Positions 39,899 to 50,941 of a stretch of 64,000 bases of DNA are shown here, piece by piece. Below the pieces are notes generated by a model that saw only the letters and a program-made list of their open reading frames with translations, did not search any database and had not been told where the DNA came from. This DNA is from Desulfatiglandales bacterium (GTDB lineage Bacteria; Desulfobacterota; DSM-4660; Desulfatiglandales; Desulfatiglandaceae): positions 3,552,001 to 3,616,000 of the forward strand of contig OY762721.1 in assembly GCA_963666345.1 (NCBI GenBank), read 5' to 3'. Position numbers and translations under genes: made by a program. How positions within the stretch are numbered: position 1 is the first letter of the stretch; every line of letters starts with the position of its first letter.

Positions 39899-40672
39899 TT
39901 AGATTTTGTTAGATTTCTCTCGGTTGCATTTCTGGCATAGAATTTGGATATTCCGTTCGGTATTACTACCGCCTTCGGACACAGGTATAATGTGGTCGAA
40001 TTCAAGGTTCTTCTTGCTCCCGCATTTTACACATTTGCCCTGGTCTCTTCTCCATACGGCAAATCTGACCTCTTCAGGAATCGGCTCCCTTGATCGCTGA
40101 ATCTCCATCGACTCCATTTTTTCAAACAGCCGTATTTCCTTTTGCAGTTTTCTGAATTTCTTTTCCTCTTTAAAATAGTGCTCTTTGACCAGTAGTTTTT
40201 GTTCATCTTCAGTATGCATATCATCAGGGTCAAAATAATAGATGTTATTTTTGAATAAGTAGTAGTTTCTCTCATGAATTATATGTTGATTTACAGATAC
40301 CATATTATCATTTATCGGTAACGGTCCTAAATGAGCACCGGTTCCTAAAACCGGTTGCGGCTCATTATGCTGATTTTCTATATCAAAATTAAAAAGAGGA
40401 TGGAATGCAAAATAGTATTTATATTTTGTTATATTAGAATGACATGCAATAATGCTAACTTTTGAGTTTGGGTCGTTATGATAACTTATTGCATAAGATC
40501 TATAAATGTCCTTTATCCTATGCTTTAATGATATGGGACTATTATTATTTGGAAAAGGGGAGCTATGTTCTTTATGAAAGCTTTTTTTGAGCATTTCTGA
40601 ATATTCCATAAGCGCTTTAATATGCTCATCATCCAATTCCCCAATATCTCTACAAAGTATTTTAACCGTCAT
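39899..40672 (-). CDS. C-terminal HNH endonuclease, paralogue 2
   Basis: RRDQGKCVKCG..LEFDHIIP.SEGGSN..NIQILC..CN. Confidence 0.9.
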   Translation of the reverse strand: MTVKILCRDIGELDDEHIKALMEYSEMLKKSFHKEHSSPFPNNNSPISLKHRIKDIYRSYAISYHNDPNSKVSIIACHSNITKYKYYFAFHPLFNFDIENQHNEPQPVLGTGAHLGPLPINDNMVSVNQHIIHERNYYLFKNNIYYFDPDDMHTEDEQKLLVKEHYFKEEKKFRKLQKEIRLFEKMESMEIQRSREPIPEEVRFAVWRRDQGKCVKCGSKKNLEFDHIIPVSEGGSNTERNIQILCQKCNREKSNKI

Positions 40673-40860
40673 TTTCCTTTTCCAATATCATTATGACAAT
40701 TATTAACTTAATCTATCTACTGATTGACAGTGTTGGGACAAGAACATGGTTATTAAATGTCAATAGGCGTTGAAAATTGACCCATCATCGGCGTCCAAAA
40801 TTGACCCACCCCTGAGAAAAAAATATGGTTAAATAGTTGAGTAGTTGATCCCTTCTTTAT

Positions 40861-41592
40861 CTATGAAGCTGCGTGTTTCATTCTCCAGCTTTCGTTACCT
40901 GTTTCTATAATTTCACAATGATGAGTCAACCGATCAAGCATGGCCGTAGTCATTTTTTTATCTCCAAAGACTTGGGGCCATTCACCGAAGGTCAAGTTGG
41001 TGGTGATTACTATGGATGTCTGTTCGTAGAGTTTTGATATAAGATGAAAGAGCAGTTGACTGCCGTTTTTGGAAAAAGGCAGATAACCCAGTTCATCGAG
41101 GACCACAAGATCAAATCGAAGTAGTCTTGCTGTGATTTTGCCGGCCAATCCAATCATTTTCTCCTGCTCAAGCTCATTTGCCAGATCCACCAGGTTATAA
41201 AACTTGCACTTCCTGCCATTCCTTATGGCCTGGGCCGCTATAGTTATGGCTAAATGGGTTTTGCCCGTACCGGTGCCACCTACAAAAATCAGGTTGATAT
41301 GTTCGGCTATAAAATCACCCTGATAAATAGACCTAATCTGGGCTTCATCAACACAGGCCCCGTTAAAATCAAAGCCATCGATATCTTTAAGGACAGGAAA
41401 CCTGGCCTGTCCCATACGATATCGGATACTCCTTATATATCTTTCGGCAGCTTCAGCCTTGAGCAGTTCCAGGATTACCTTTTCAGGCGTTGAATGGCTC
41501 TTGCGTCCATTGGAGACAACTTCATCATAAATGGACTGCATACCCCGCAACTTTAGTTTTTCCATCTGGTCCATGATATCATTGCGCAGCAT
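40861..41592 (-). CDS. istB: IS21 helper ATPase IstB
   Basis: Identical protein. Confidence 0.95.
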   Translation of the reverse strand: MLRNDIMDQMEKLKLRGMQSIYDEVVSNGRKSHSTPEKVILELLKAEAAERYIRSIRYRMGQARFPVLKDIDGFDFNGACVDEAQIRSIYQGDFIAEHINLIFVGGTGTGKTHLAITIAAQAIRNGRKCKFYNLVDLANELEQEKMIGLAGKITARLLRFDLVVLDELGYLPFSKNGSQLLFHLISKLYEQTSIVITTNLTFGEWPQVFGDKKMTTAMLDRLTHHCEIIETGNESWRMKHAAS

Positions 41593-43096
41593 GGTATCCC
41601 TCCCTTACCAAACGTTCATAGCGGCGGCAGTCTGCTATGGGCTCTTGCTTGAGAATCAGATGGGAGGGGATACCCAAATCAGGCGTGCAATCCTGATCCT
41701 GATCCCTGTTTAAAAGATTGAGAACCACCTCTTTACTTACGGCCCTTATCTTTAGGGCCTCCTTACAGGCTTTACTTACAGCCTCAAGTCCGTAGAAAGG
41801 AACAGCATTTAGAATGGCCACAAACTGACGGTCCCAGTCGGAAAAACGGTTTTGAAGCCCATTTAGGACGCCTTCGACAGGATCGGGAAGTTGCCAGTCT
41901 TTAAAGGGGGCTCCATTACGGAGAGCCCCGGGCTTACGTTCAAGGACCGGGACATAATGCCAGGGATTAAAAATAGTCTTGTTCTTTCCAAAATGCCTAT
42001 CATGCTCTCCTACGATACAACCGTTATTTACTATCACTATCCGATCGGCATATACTCTCATATAGACCGCTTTACCCACCTGGCTGCAATTAACGCTGTA
42101 TCGGTTCCGGTCATAGGTTACAAGTGAGCTGGGGGTAACCCTGGCTGGACGTTGTGCATATCCATCAAAGAGAGGTGGTAGATTTATCAGATAGGGTCTC
42201 TCTTCACTGTAGACCTGCCAAACCGTCTTATCAGATATTGTTGGATGCTTACGGGTCTTTGCCCAGGTGATGCATTGTTCTCTAAGCAGCTCGTTTAGGT
42301 GTGTGAAATCCCTGGCCTTGATTCGGGGAGTGAAAAATCTCCTTCTGACCACACCTACCTGGTTTTCCACCTGACCCTTTTCCCAACCTGCAGCAGGGGT
42401 GCAGCTTACCGGTTCAAATAAATAATGGGAACACAGTTGGCTGAAGCGGCTGTTGAACTGTCTTTCCCTTCCTCCCAGGATCTTGTTAACCACTGTTTTG
42501 AGATTGTCATAGATGCCTTTACGGCAAACTCCCCCAAAAAACTCAAAGGCCCTGATATGGGCATCAAACACCATCTCCTGGGTTTCTCTGGGGTAGGCAA
42601 TACAAAGGAAGTAGCGGCTGTGACATAACCTTATATGTGCAACCTTTGCCTTTACTCTGCTTCCGTCCAGATCTACCCACTCATGACTCCAGTCAAACTG
42701 AAAGGCTTCTGCAGGATCAAATACCAAAGGTATAAATACCTCCTTTGGCAAGCTCCTTTGATCCTGGCGCCATCTTTGAACATATCTCCGTACGCTGTCA
42801 TAGCCACCTTCGTAGCCGTTGAGTTGCAGCTCTTCAAAAAGTATCTGGGCTGTCCTGCGCAGTTTTTTGGGCAGTTTCTCGTCTTCTTCCAGAAAGCCTT
42901 TCAGCATGTCTATAAACGGCCCCAGCTTGGGTCTTGGCTGGTTGCTTCGTTCGTACTGAAAAGATGTTTCTCCGCTCCTTATCGCCTTTTTTACTGTATT
43001 TTTGCTAAGGCGCAGATCCTTCGCTGTCTGACGTATGGATTTGCCATCTCTGAGAACAGCTAATCGTATCTTACGGATTGTTTCCACTGTGAGCAT
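41579..43096 (-). CDS. istA: IS21 transposase IstA
   Basis: Identical protein. Confidence 0.95.
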   Translation of the reverse strand: MLTVETIRKIRLAVLRDGKSIRQTAKDLRLSKNTVKKAIRSGETSFQYERSNQPRPKLGPFIDMLKGFLEEDEKLPKKLRRTAQILFEELQLNGYEGGYDSVRRYVQRWRQDQRSLPKEVFIPLVFDPAEAFQFDWSHEWVDLDGSRVKAKVAHIRLCHSRYFLCIAYPRETQEMVFDAHIRAFEFFGGVCRKGIYDNLKTVVNKILGGRERQFNSRFSQLCSHYLFEPVSCTPAAGWEKGQVENQVGVVRRRFFTPRIKARDFTHLNELLREQCITWAKTRKHPTISDKTVWQVYSEERPYLINLPPLFDGYAQRPARVTPSSLVTYDRNRYSVNCSQVGKAVYMRVYADRIVIVNNGCIVGEHDRHFGKNKTIFNPWHYVPVLERKPGALRNGAPFKDWQLPDPVEGVLNGLQNRFSDWDRQFVAILNAVPFYGLEAVSKACKEALKIRAVSKEVVLNLLNRDQDQDCTPDLGIPSHLILKQEPIADCRRYERLVREGYHAAQ

Positions 43097-43365
43097 CCCT
43101 TTCCGCCTCCTTCTACCATAGTCACAGCAGAATAGAAGGCTTTCAGGGGTGGGTCAATTTTGGACGCCGATTCGCCCTATAGGTGGGTCATTTTTGCATG
43201 CCGATTCACAGTAATCAGAAGGGTAATTAGTATTGTGGCTTGTCGATGAGATAGATTTGTGATTGATACTGGGTGTCACCATTGAAGCATATGTTGTGAC
43301 ATGAAAATGGTATCATAAAAGAAGGAAATCCTTTTTAAAGAGAGCATCCTAGGTTTGTGAAGGCC

Positions 43366-43380
43366 TGTGATATGATCAGA
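43366..43380 (+). repeat. 15-bp repeat TGTGATATGATCAGA, copy 3 (apparent empty site)
   Basis: Left flank resembles 21234-21315, right flank resembles 27475-27600. Confidence 0.85.
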
Positions 43381-43573
43381 TGATCAGTGATTTTTCATTG
43401 TGTATATATCCTGGTTTTTTCTGGTGCGATCACAGCTTTAGGCAATGTTGTGATAAGAAAATGCCATCTATCTTGGCTGAAGTTTTAACTGAAGCAAGAA
43501 ATACAGTCCTTGCCTAAACCGCCTACCATTTTATATCATTACTAGCAAAAAATCATGACAGGAGTCTTATGCA

Positions 43574-43858
43574 ATGAGCCTTACTAAAGCTGAAATCGTT
43601 GAAAAATTACATCAGGAAACGGGTTTATCAAAGAACCAAGCGGGTGATGCCTTAAAGGACATTATCGATATCATTAAGAACAGGCTTGAAACCGGGGAAA
43701 GTGTCTTGATTTCAGGCTTTGGTAGGTTTGCAGTCAAGGAAAAGCGGCCTAGAAAGGGTAGAAATCCTGCCACAGGCAAGTCCATAATGCTTGATGGTAG
43801 AAGAGTCGTCAGTTTTAAGTGCTCTGGTGTCCTAAAAGACAGGCTAAATAAGTCATAA
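43574..43858 (+). CDS. ihfA: Integration host factor alpha-like protein, copy 2
   Basis: Close paralogue of 27670-27954. Confidence 0.9.
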   Translation: MSLTKAEIVEKLHQETGLSKNQAGDALKDIIDIIKNRLETGESVLISGFGRFAVKEKRPRKGRNPATGKSIMLDGRRVVSFKCSGVLKDRLNKS

Positions 43859-44361
43859 GTCACTCAATTGCGAGGTATTGGACTTCTATACCGTATAAAT
43901 CACCCAAATTTTTCTTTTCTCAAGTCCTTTAAACATAGTTGTAAGATCAAAAATATGCGATTGAGGTCTTAAAATACCAGTTTGCGTTTAAAAATATAAT
44001 GTTTCACGCTCCTTTTTAACCGTTTCTCGCTCAAAATTATCTGATTGAGCGATAAAATACCCTTCTGTTCAAAAACTTCAAAACCATTAACATCAGGGAC
44101 CTGGACCTCCTTCATAAATTACTGTTTTTCCAAGCTCACTAGGTCAGTCTATCCAACAACTCTTTAATAGATCGCTATAACTAGGTAGTTGGTGAAGATT
44201 CAGAGGATTTTATTATTTGTTGTGACTGTTTAAATTGTAATTTTGTCGTTTATTTTTACATGGCAGTGGGACCTATATTTATGGGGTTAAGAGGGCATTT
44301 GTGGTATTGAAAATACTATGTCCAAGGTTGAGGGAGATAAGTGGCTTGAAGCAGTGTTTGA

Positions 44362-44454
44362 GACAAAATCCGTAATCTGATAGTAGTTTTGGTGTGCATG
44401 ACAAAAACCGTAAAACATTTCTTATACTATACGAACGCTTTTACGACTTTTGTC
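44362..44454. other. Iteron-like repeats, putative origin next to the rep gene end
   Basis: GACAAAAnnCGTAA at 44362 and 44400, inverted copy at 44439-44454. Confidence 0.55.
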
Positions 44455-44460
44455 CCCTAT

Positions 44461-45940
44461 TTACCGGTATAGATTCTTTTCATGGTTTTCATCCATGTCT
44501 TTGACACTTTCAACTAAATCCATGTTAAGTTTCACTTCCATTACTCTCGCTTTTCGTTTTTTCTGAGTATAGAAGAAAAACTTCAAAATTGACGTTGTTT
44601 TCTTGATTTTACCACTGTTAGGTATGTTTACACCCTTCTTCAAGAGTTTATCAATCTCAGGTTCTATGTTGTTTTCAGATGAGTACACTTTGTTGACTAA
44701 AGACTCGTATATCTTGACACAGTCATTGTTTGTAAGTTTTACAGGTTTAGGTGACTTGAAGCTTAACCCGTAGGGTTTCAAAGTGCTTTCCAGGATATGG
44801 GTAGTCTTGACAGTGATACTAGACTTTTCACAGTTGTTTAAGGCACTGTTTAAGATTCTTTGACCAGTCTTGATTTTACGTATTTTTTCGTACGTTGAAG
44901 TTTGAGACTTAGCCTTTAACTCCCCTCTGTAGTTTAACTCTTCTCTTACAGCCTTTTTGCTCTGTTCTAAGTAATTTTTGGAAGTTTTAGATGTACTTTT
45001 CTTGGGTTTAGAGTCGGTTTGAACTGAAACCAAGCATCCTTCCCTGGCCAGAAGGTTTCTGTACTGACCTAAGACCCCGTACTTTCTGTCGTAGCTCTCC
45101 CACTCGATACATGCCTTTTCCAGTCTTATTGCCGTCTTGACACCCTCACAGTTGATCAAGTCTAAAAAGCTGTTGTTGCCGATCATCCTCTTGATTTTTT
45201 CTTCTTTGCTGTGACTTTCTTCTAAAGCCTTGAAAGTCAAAAGGGAACCCATCTTCAATTTTAGATTGCCAACAGTGTCTTTTAAGGTCCGTGTAAGGTA
45301 TTTCCCTCTAAATTTGACGTTTTCAAACAGTTCTAGCAAACCTAAGCTAAAAACCTTGTCAGAGTCTGTTTCTTCGTTATATCCATTGTCTGCCAGGTAT
45401 AACGGCATCAAAACCTTGTATTTCCTTGCATTTCTTCCCCGCATAGTCATTTGGTAGTGGGTGTGAGCACCTAGTAAAATCCCGTCTATAAAATGGTATA
45501 CATTAGTGCCTTTAGTTTCTCGTATATCCACCCCTGTAGTGATGGCTGGGCTGTAGATCAGGTAAGTCAGTTTGTCTCGGGATAAGTGCTTGTCAAATTC
45601 CCTGATGATATCAAGCATCCCTTCCTCTTCTGTGGTTTTCCCGGTAACTAGCTTGATGTTTTCCTTGGACCCATTGGCCTTTTCTATGTATTTTTTGAGC
45701 TCTTCAGCCTTCTTTTTGTAAGAAGCTGCGATTAGCATTGGCCTGTTGTTTTCCTTGGATTGGGTCAGGTCCTTGTTAAACTGAGAGAGAAAACGCTTAC
45801 ATTTTTGGCCCTTGCTTGAAATTCGGCTCATTCCCTCTTGAGGTTAAGTATATCTCAACTTTCTTTTCTGTCCGGAGGTTTTTCCTTAAGAGGTAAGGTT
45901 TTTTACCGGAAATTTCAGAGATTGCCGCGATTATTGTCAT
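44461..45940 (-). pseudogene. Replication protein fragment (origin-binding SF2 helicase/CyRepA1-like C-terminal part)
   Basis: LIYSPAITTGVDI and QMTMRGRN helicase motifs V/VI-like; N-terminal motifs absent, apparent frameshift near 45800, 5' part replaced by IS remnant. Confidence 0.55.
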
Positions 45941-46165
45941 CTCAAAGCAATTTGTTTGTTGGAGTGGCCGTGTTGCCACTTGAGTCTGAGGACTTCTTTA
46001 ATCTTTCGCATGGATAATCTCCTGCCGGCCATTATTGCCTCCTGATATCTTTTTTCAGAAGGTTATAGGCCAGGGTTTCAATTATACAGCGTCTCTTCAA
46101 TCACCTCCGCACTCGGGGTGCCGGAATGCTTCGGAATGGGGTGTCGGAATCAATCGGAATACTCA
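45937..46165 (-). mobile_element. IS21-family left-end remnant (different element) with 31-codon istA fragment
   Basis: TGAGTATTCCG..ATTCCGACACCCC..ATTCCGGCACCCC terminal repeats; MAGRRLSMRKIKEVLRLKW from ATG 46032. Confidence 0.8.
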
Positions 46166-46338
46166 TCTGGGCAAATAATTTCAGTATATGTGAACCATTC
46201 AGATACCAACTATCAGAAATATCAGAATAAATTTCGGAAATAATTTTCATCTTGACAACAAAATACAATAATGATATTTAAATTAGCGTTTGATCTAGCA
46301 ATACAACGTTTCATCTAGTAAAACTATGTAATAGCGAA

Positions 46339-47142
46339 ATGAATAAAAAATTAATGGAAAAAGATAGATATTTTGTTTCTGCACTTGCGAAGGGGTTGGA
46401 CATTCTGCAGGTAATCGCTAATGCAGGTAGACCCCTACCTCTCTCAGAGGTATCTGCCTCTCTAGGCATCAACAAATCAACCACAATGCGATTTTGTCAT
46501 ACGTTAATCAAGTTGGGATTTCTCCAACGCAATAGGGAAAAGTTGTATTATCCAACTCCTCGAATTCTTTCTCTTGGATACAAATCAATACAAGGAATGA
46601 CTTGGCTGGATGTTACTGAGTTCTATTTGGAAAGCCTTTCAATGCAGGTAGAGGAAGCTGTCGGGCTATTAATATTAGATGAAAATGAAGTTTTGTATTT
46701 GAAAAGGGTCGTAAAAAAGGAACATTTGCTCCCTTATGATGTACAAATTGGAGCCAAATTCCCTGTCTATTGCACTTCGGTAGGAAAAGCCCTTTTGGCC
46801 TTTAGGCCTCGAGAAGATGCTATAAACATTTTAAAAAATATTGAATTTAAGCCTCTAACTCATAGAACAATAACTAGCTTTGAAGAATACTTAAATGAAT
46901 TAGATTTTGTAAATCAAAATGGATATGCAATATCCGATGAAGAATTATCTGTAGGTCTGCGATCAATAGCAGTTCCTGTTAGAAATCCTGAAGGAACAGC
47001 AATATTTGCCATAAATATTAATGTTCCAACAAAACGTCACGACATCAAATATTTATCAAAGGTAATCGCACCCCATGCATTAAGAAGTGCCGAAGATATA
47101 GGTAAAGCTCTTGAAGATATTGGATGGGATTTTATCATATAA
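46339..47142 (+). CDS. IclR family transcriptional regulator (PcaR/PobR-like)
   Basis: SALAKGLDIL wHTH; P.YCTSVGKALLA, GYAISDEE..GLRSIAVPV. Confidence 0.93.
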   Translation: MNKKLMEKDRYFVSALAKGLDILQVIANAGRPLPLSEVSASLGINKSTTMRFCHTLIKLGFLQRNREKLYYPTPRILSLGYKSIQGMTWLDVTEFYLESLSMQVEEAVGLLILDENEVLYLKRVVKKEHLLPYDVQIGAKFPVYCTSVGKALLAFRPREDAINILKNIEFKPLTHRTITSFEEYLNELDFVNQNGYAISDEELSVGLRSIAVPVRNPEGTAIFAININVPTKRHDIKYLSKVIAPHALRSAEDIGKALEDIGWDFII

Positions 47143-48672
47143 CTCAACTTTCGGGATTGGGAGGAGTAGCATAAAAAAGGAGATAACTTATTGAAATAAT
47201 GCATAAATAAGTTGAAGAGCCCAGTCTTTTGAATTATAGTGAGATTGTGAAAAAACACAATAATATCAAAAGGAAAGGGCTCATATGCAACATACAATGA
47301 ATGTCTCCCAATCGCAAGATAAGATTCAAATAAACAGCCAAATTGACGCTTTTTTTAAGGTTTTCACCGTTGGCACCTTGCTTGACCGAGCCGGTATAAG
47401 AAAACGACATGGATACCGAGTTAGCTCTTTGATAAAGACGATATTCACACTGCCGTTCATCGGAAAGAACTTTTTCCGGGGCATCGTCATCAATGAAGAT
47501 GTTGGGTTTGGTAAAGACGCCGCCTACGAAGTTTTAAAGTGCTCCAGATATAATTGGCGAAAACTGATCCTAATGCTGGCAGTAAAACTCCATAGATTCT
47601 TCACTGGCCTGACTAGTGAAGACAGACAAAGCGTACTCATTATTGATGACAGCACCTACGATAGATCCCGATCAAAGGTTGTTGAACTGCTCAGCCGGGT
47701 GAAAGATCATTCCACGGGCAGATATTTAGCGGGATTTAGGATGCTGACCATGTGCTGGTCCGACGGGGTAAGCTGTCTGCCGTTAGACTTTGCACTGCTG
47801 TCATCGAGCAACACCAAATCCCGGTTGCAGGATATCCGTAAATCCTTGGATAAACGCACATGTGGTTATCGTCGACGTGTTGAAGCGATGCAAAAAGCAA
47901 CCGCTCATTTAGATGCCATGATCAAAAGGGCTTTAGCTGCCGGTATCAAAGCCAAGTATGTTCTTATGGACAGTTGGTTTGGCATGCCCGCAACCATTGC
48001 CAAAGTTGCATCAAATTTGGATGTAATCTGCATGGTTAAAAAGACCCCCAAGGTGCATTACAGCTATGGTGATAAACGTATGGATGTGATGGCTATATAC
48101 AAGACAGTTAAAAAACGTCGTGGGCGTGCCAAGATTAAAGCCAGTGTGCTTGTAGAACTTACCGATGGCATCCCTGCAAAGCTGGTCTTTGTCCGTGACA
48201 ATCGCAAAACAGATTGGCTGGCTCTGTTGAGCACTGATGTATCGCTGGATGATGAACAGGTTGTACAGATCTACGGCAAACGCTGGGATATAGAGATTTT
48301 CTTTAAAATGGCCAAGCAGCATCTGAAGCTAGCTAAAGAGATCCACAGCAGAGACTATGACGCCCTTATCGCCCATACCAGTATCGTGTTCATGCGGTAT
48401 ATGTTCCTTGCTTATCAGAACCGCAACAGCATCGATGATCGAACCTTTGGAGATATGTTCTATGCCTGCTGTGACGAGATCAAAGACATCAGTTTTATCC
48501 AGGCTCTTTACAGACTGCTCACTCTTGCAATGGCAAATGTACATAGTATGGGCACTGCTTGTGAGAAAACAGTCCAAACATTTTTCGATAAAATCATCGC
48601 TGCAGCTCTTGATTGTGTGAAGTTGTCAAAGAACCAATTTATTACTCTAAATGCTTAAACCCGAAAGTTGAG
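47143..48672 (+). mobile_element. IS4-family element, 13-bp inverted repeats, 6-bp target duplication ATATAA
   Basis: CTCAACTTTCGGG ... CCCGAAAGTTGAG; ATATAA at 47137-47142 and 48673-48678. Confidence 0.92.
47285..48658 (+). CDS. IS4-family DDE transposase
   Basis: IIDDS, LMDSWF, Y..RWDIE.FFK (YREK-like). Confidence 0.92.
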   Translation: MQHTMNVSQSQDKIQINSQIDAFFKVFTVGTLLDRAGIRKRHGYRVSSLIKTIFTLPFIGKNFFRGIVINEDVGFGKDAAYEVLKCSRYNWRKLILMLAVKLHRFFTGLTSEDRQSVLIIDDSTYDRSRSKVVELLSRVKDHSTGRYLAGFRMLTMCWSDGVSCLPLDFALLSSSNTKSRLQDIRKSLDKRTCGYRRRVEAMQKATAHLDAMIKRALAAGIKAKYVLMDSWFGMPATIAKVASNLDVICMVKKTPKVHYSYGDKRMDVMAIYKTVKKRRGRAKIKASVLVELTDGIPAKLVFVRDNRKTDWLALLSTDVSLDDEQVVQIYGKRWDIEIFFKMAKQHLKLAKEIHSRDYDALIAHTSIVFMRYMFLAYQNRNSIDDRTFGDMFYACCDEIKDISFIQALYRLLTLAMANVHSMGTACEKTVQTFFDKIIAAALDCVKLSKNQFITLNA

Positions 48673-48945
48673 ATATAATGTCAATATAATAGAAACAACA
48701 TTGACATCTGTGTTTAGTGTTCGCGTATAAATTGGCAATATAAAAGATTTACTAAATACCAACTAAAGGCCATTCCCATTAAGATAATTTCGTGAACTGA
48801 TTAGAATCAGTAATTAAATAATTCTATTATATAATACATATCGGGAAGTAGGTACAAAATCAACAGCACGTTTGATTGAATCTAGGATATCAATAAATTT
48901 AGAAACTATTGGGCTTTGAGCAAAATAAGAAAGAAAGGAGAAACG

Positions 48946-50931
48946 GTGGCTACCACACAATTTAAAAACCTTTTTACTCCCCTAAAAATCAATTCCCTGG
49001 AGATTTCCAATAGAATCTTCATGTCAAATGCGGCTCATAGGTTTTATTCTGGTAGTGAAGGGCCAAATGAAAGGGCACTATATTACTACGAGGCTAGAGC
49101 AAAAGGTGGATTAGGATTGATTATAACAGGCCCTCACTATATTTCTCCTTTCACCACATCTGGAAAGCCTACTGCATACCAGAGTGATGAGGTCATACCA
49201 AGTTTGAAGAGACAGGCTGATACAGTTCATAAATATGGAACCAAGGTTTTTGCCCAATTAGGCCATGTTGGTAATTATGTAACTGGGCGAGGATGTGGGG
49301 GTGGATCAACTTGGGGGCCATCTCCTGTTTGGAGAAGAAACCTCTTTGCACCAGGGTGGCAGGAGGTGCCGCATGAAATGGATGAAGATGAGATCGATCG
49401 ATTTGTAAGTGATTATGGCGGGGCTGCAAAGAGGGTTAAAGAGGCTGGATATGACGGGATAGAAATAATGGCAATGGTCGGCCTGTTGCAGGCACAGTTC
49501 CTGTCATCGGCTATGAACATTCGAGATGATGAATATGGTGGTCCATTAAAAAGCCGGATGAAATTTCTTTTGCGAACAATTGATTCAATACGAGATGCAG
49601 TAGGACCTGATTTTGTTGTAGGAGTAAGATACACAGCAGATGAATTTGTGGACAGAGTCTGGTGGACAAAAAATCACGGGAATACATTGGACGATGCAAA
49701 AGAAATTGCCAAGATATTGGAGTCCACACAAAAGGTTGACTACCTATTCCCCTGTGCTACTGCATTTGGTCCTGCCCATGTACCTCCAATGAACTACCCC
49801 TTGGCACCTTTTATATATCTTTGTGCAGCCGTAAAAGATGAGGTCAAACTTCCTGTCTTCGGAAATGGCAGAATCAATGATCCCGTTTTGGCAGAAAAGA
49901 TTTTAGATGATTATCAGGCAGATATGATTGGGATAACACGAGGACTTATAGCAGATCCAGAATTTCCCAAAAAGGCGAGGGAAGGAAAGGTTAAAGAAAT
50001 CAGGAAATGTATTGGTTGTAATGAAGGATGCGCTGGGGGGCACTATCCGAGGTTGCCTCTGTGCTGTGCTATGAATGTTGAAGCCGGGAGGGAAAAGGAA
50101 TTTGTCATTACTCCAGCAGATAACCAAAAAAATGTTGTTGTTATAGGTGGTGGGGCGGCCGGTCTTGAAACTGCAAGGGTAGCAGCTTTAAGAGGGCATA
50201 AGGTAAAGCTATATGAGAGAGAAAATGAGTTGGCTCCTGAGTTGACATTAGCTGCAAAGGTACCAGGAAGAGAGGGATTTGAAGACACCTTACGGTATTT
50301 TGCCTATCAGATGGAATTGCTTGGAGTAGAAGTTAATTTAGGCATAAATATTACGGATGAAACTGTTTTAACTAATGATTGGGATGTCGTAGTTGTTGCA
50401 ACTGGGGCGAAACCTTTCATCCCCAGAATTAATGGTATCGAAAACAGTAGCATCAGGTTAGTTGAAATGAGAGATGTCTTAAATGAAAAGACTGAAGTTG
50501 GCGATAATATAATTATAGCTGATTATCAAAATCATCTATATGGATTAGATACTGCGGATTTTCTAGCACATAGAGGAAAGACAATTGAACTGATAAATGA
50601 ATCAGTTTTTGTCGGAGGAATGGTAGATTATCAATCGATAAATACAATGTATACAAACGTATTGAGCAAAGGTGTCAAAATAACCCCTTTGACAGCGATA
50701 AAGGAGATAGTTGAAAACAAAGTAATAACATACAATCTTCTTACAAATAGAGAGAAGACAATTGATGGGATTGATACAGTAGTAGTATGCACAGATGGCA
50801 GGAGCGATGATTTATTATATCGTAAATTAAAATCCAAAGTTAAAGAACTATATAGAGCTGGTCAGTGTGTATCTCCTCGAAAAATGCTTGATTCCATTGC
50901 TGATGGTTATCGAGTTGGCAAATTATTATGA
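48946..50931 (+). CDS. NADH:flavin oxidoreductase (OYE domain + Fe-S + FAD; FadH/BaiH-like)
   Basis: YYEARAKGG, AGYDGIEI, N.R.DEYGG, CIGCNEGC, GGGAAG; GTG start after AAGGAG. Confidence 0.9.
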   Translation: MATTQFKNLFTPLKINSLEISNRIFMSNAAHRFYSGSEGPNERALYYYEARAKGGLGLIITGPHYISPFTTSGKPTAYQSDEVIPSLKRQADTVHKYGTKVFAQLGHVGNYVTGRGCGGGSTWGPSPVWRRNLFAPGWQEVPHEMDEDEIDRFVSDYGGAAKRVKEAGYDGIEIMAMVGLLQAQFLSSAMNIRDDEYGGPLKSRMKFLLRTIDSIRDAVGPDFVVGVRYTADEFVDRVWWTKNHGNTLDDAKEIAKILESTQKVDYLFPCATAFGPAHVPPMNYPLAPFIYLCAAVKDEVKLPVFGNGRINDPVLAEKILDDYQADMIGITRGLIADPEFPKKAREGKVKEIRKCIGCNEGCAGGHYPRLPLCCAMNVEAGREKEFVITPADNQKNVVVIGGGAAGLETARVAALRGHKVKLYERENELAPELTLAAKVPGREGFEDTLRYFAYQMELLGVEVNLGINITDETVLTNDWDVVVVATGAKPFIPRINGIENSSIRLVEMRDVLNEKTEVGDNIIIADYQNHLYGLDTADFLAHRGKTIELINESVFVGGMVDYQSINTMYTNVLSKGVKITPLTAIKEIVENKVITYNLLTNREKTIDGIDTVVVCTDGRSDDLLYRKLKSKVKELYRAGQCVSPRKMLDSIADGYRVGKLL

Positions 50932-50941
50932 TGGATTAATT

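Larger units (their letters stand above)
40758..43210 (-). mobile_element. IS21 family element, copy 3
   Basis: Same 2453-bp element; no target duplication. Confidence 0.95.

Noticed and set aside
39899..40005. 5' extension of ORF 39481-40005
   Set aside because: Overlaps the HNH gene; ATG 39879 has a better RBS
21243..43471. TGTGATATGA repeats as a CRISPR array
   Set aside because: Only 2-3 degenerate copies per locus, intervening DNA is homologous between loci rather than unique spacers, and no cas genes are present
46288..46324. Tandem GTTT.ATCTAG.AA.AC boxes upstream of iclR as operators
   Set aside because: Plausible but degenerate and routine; cannot be supported without comparison
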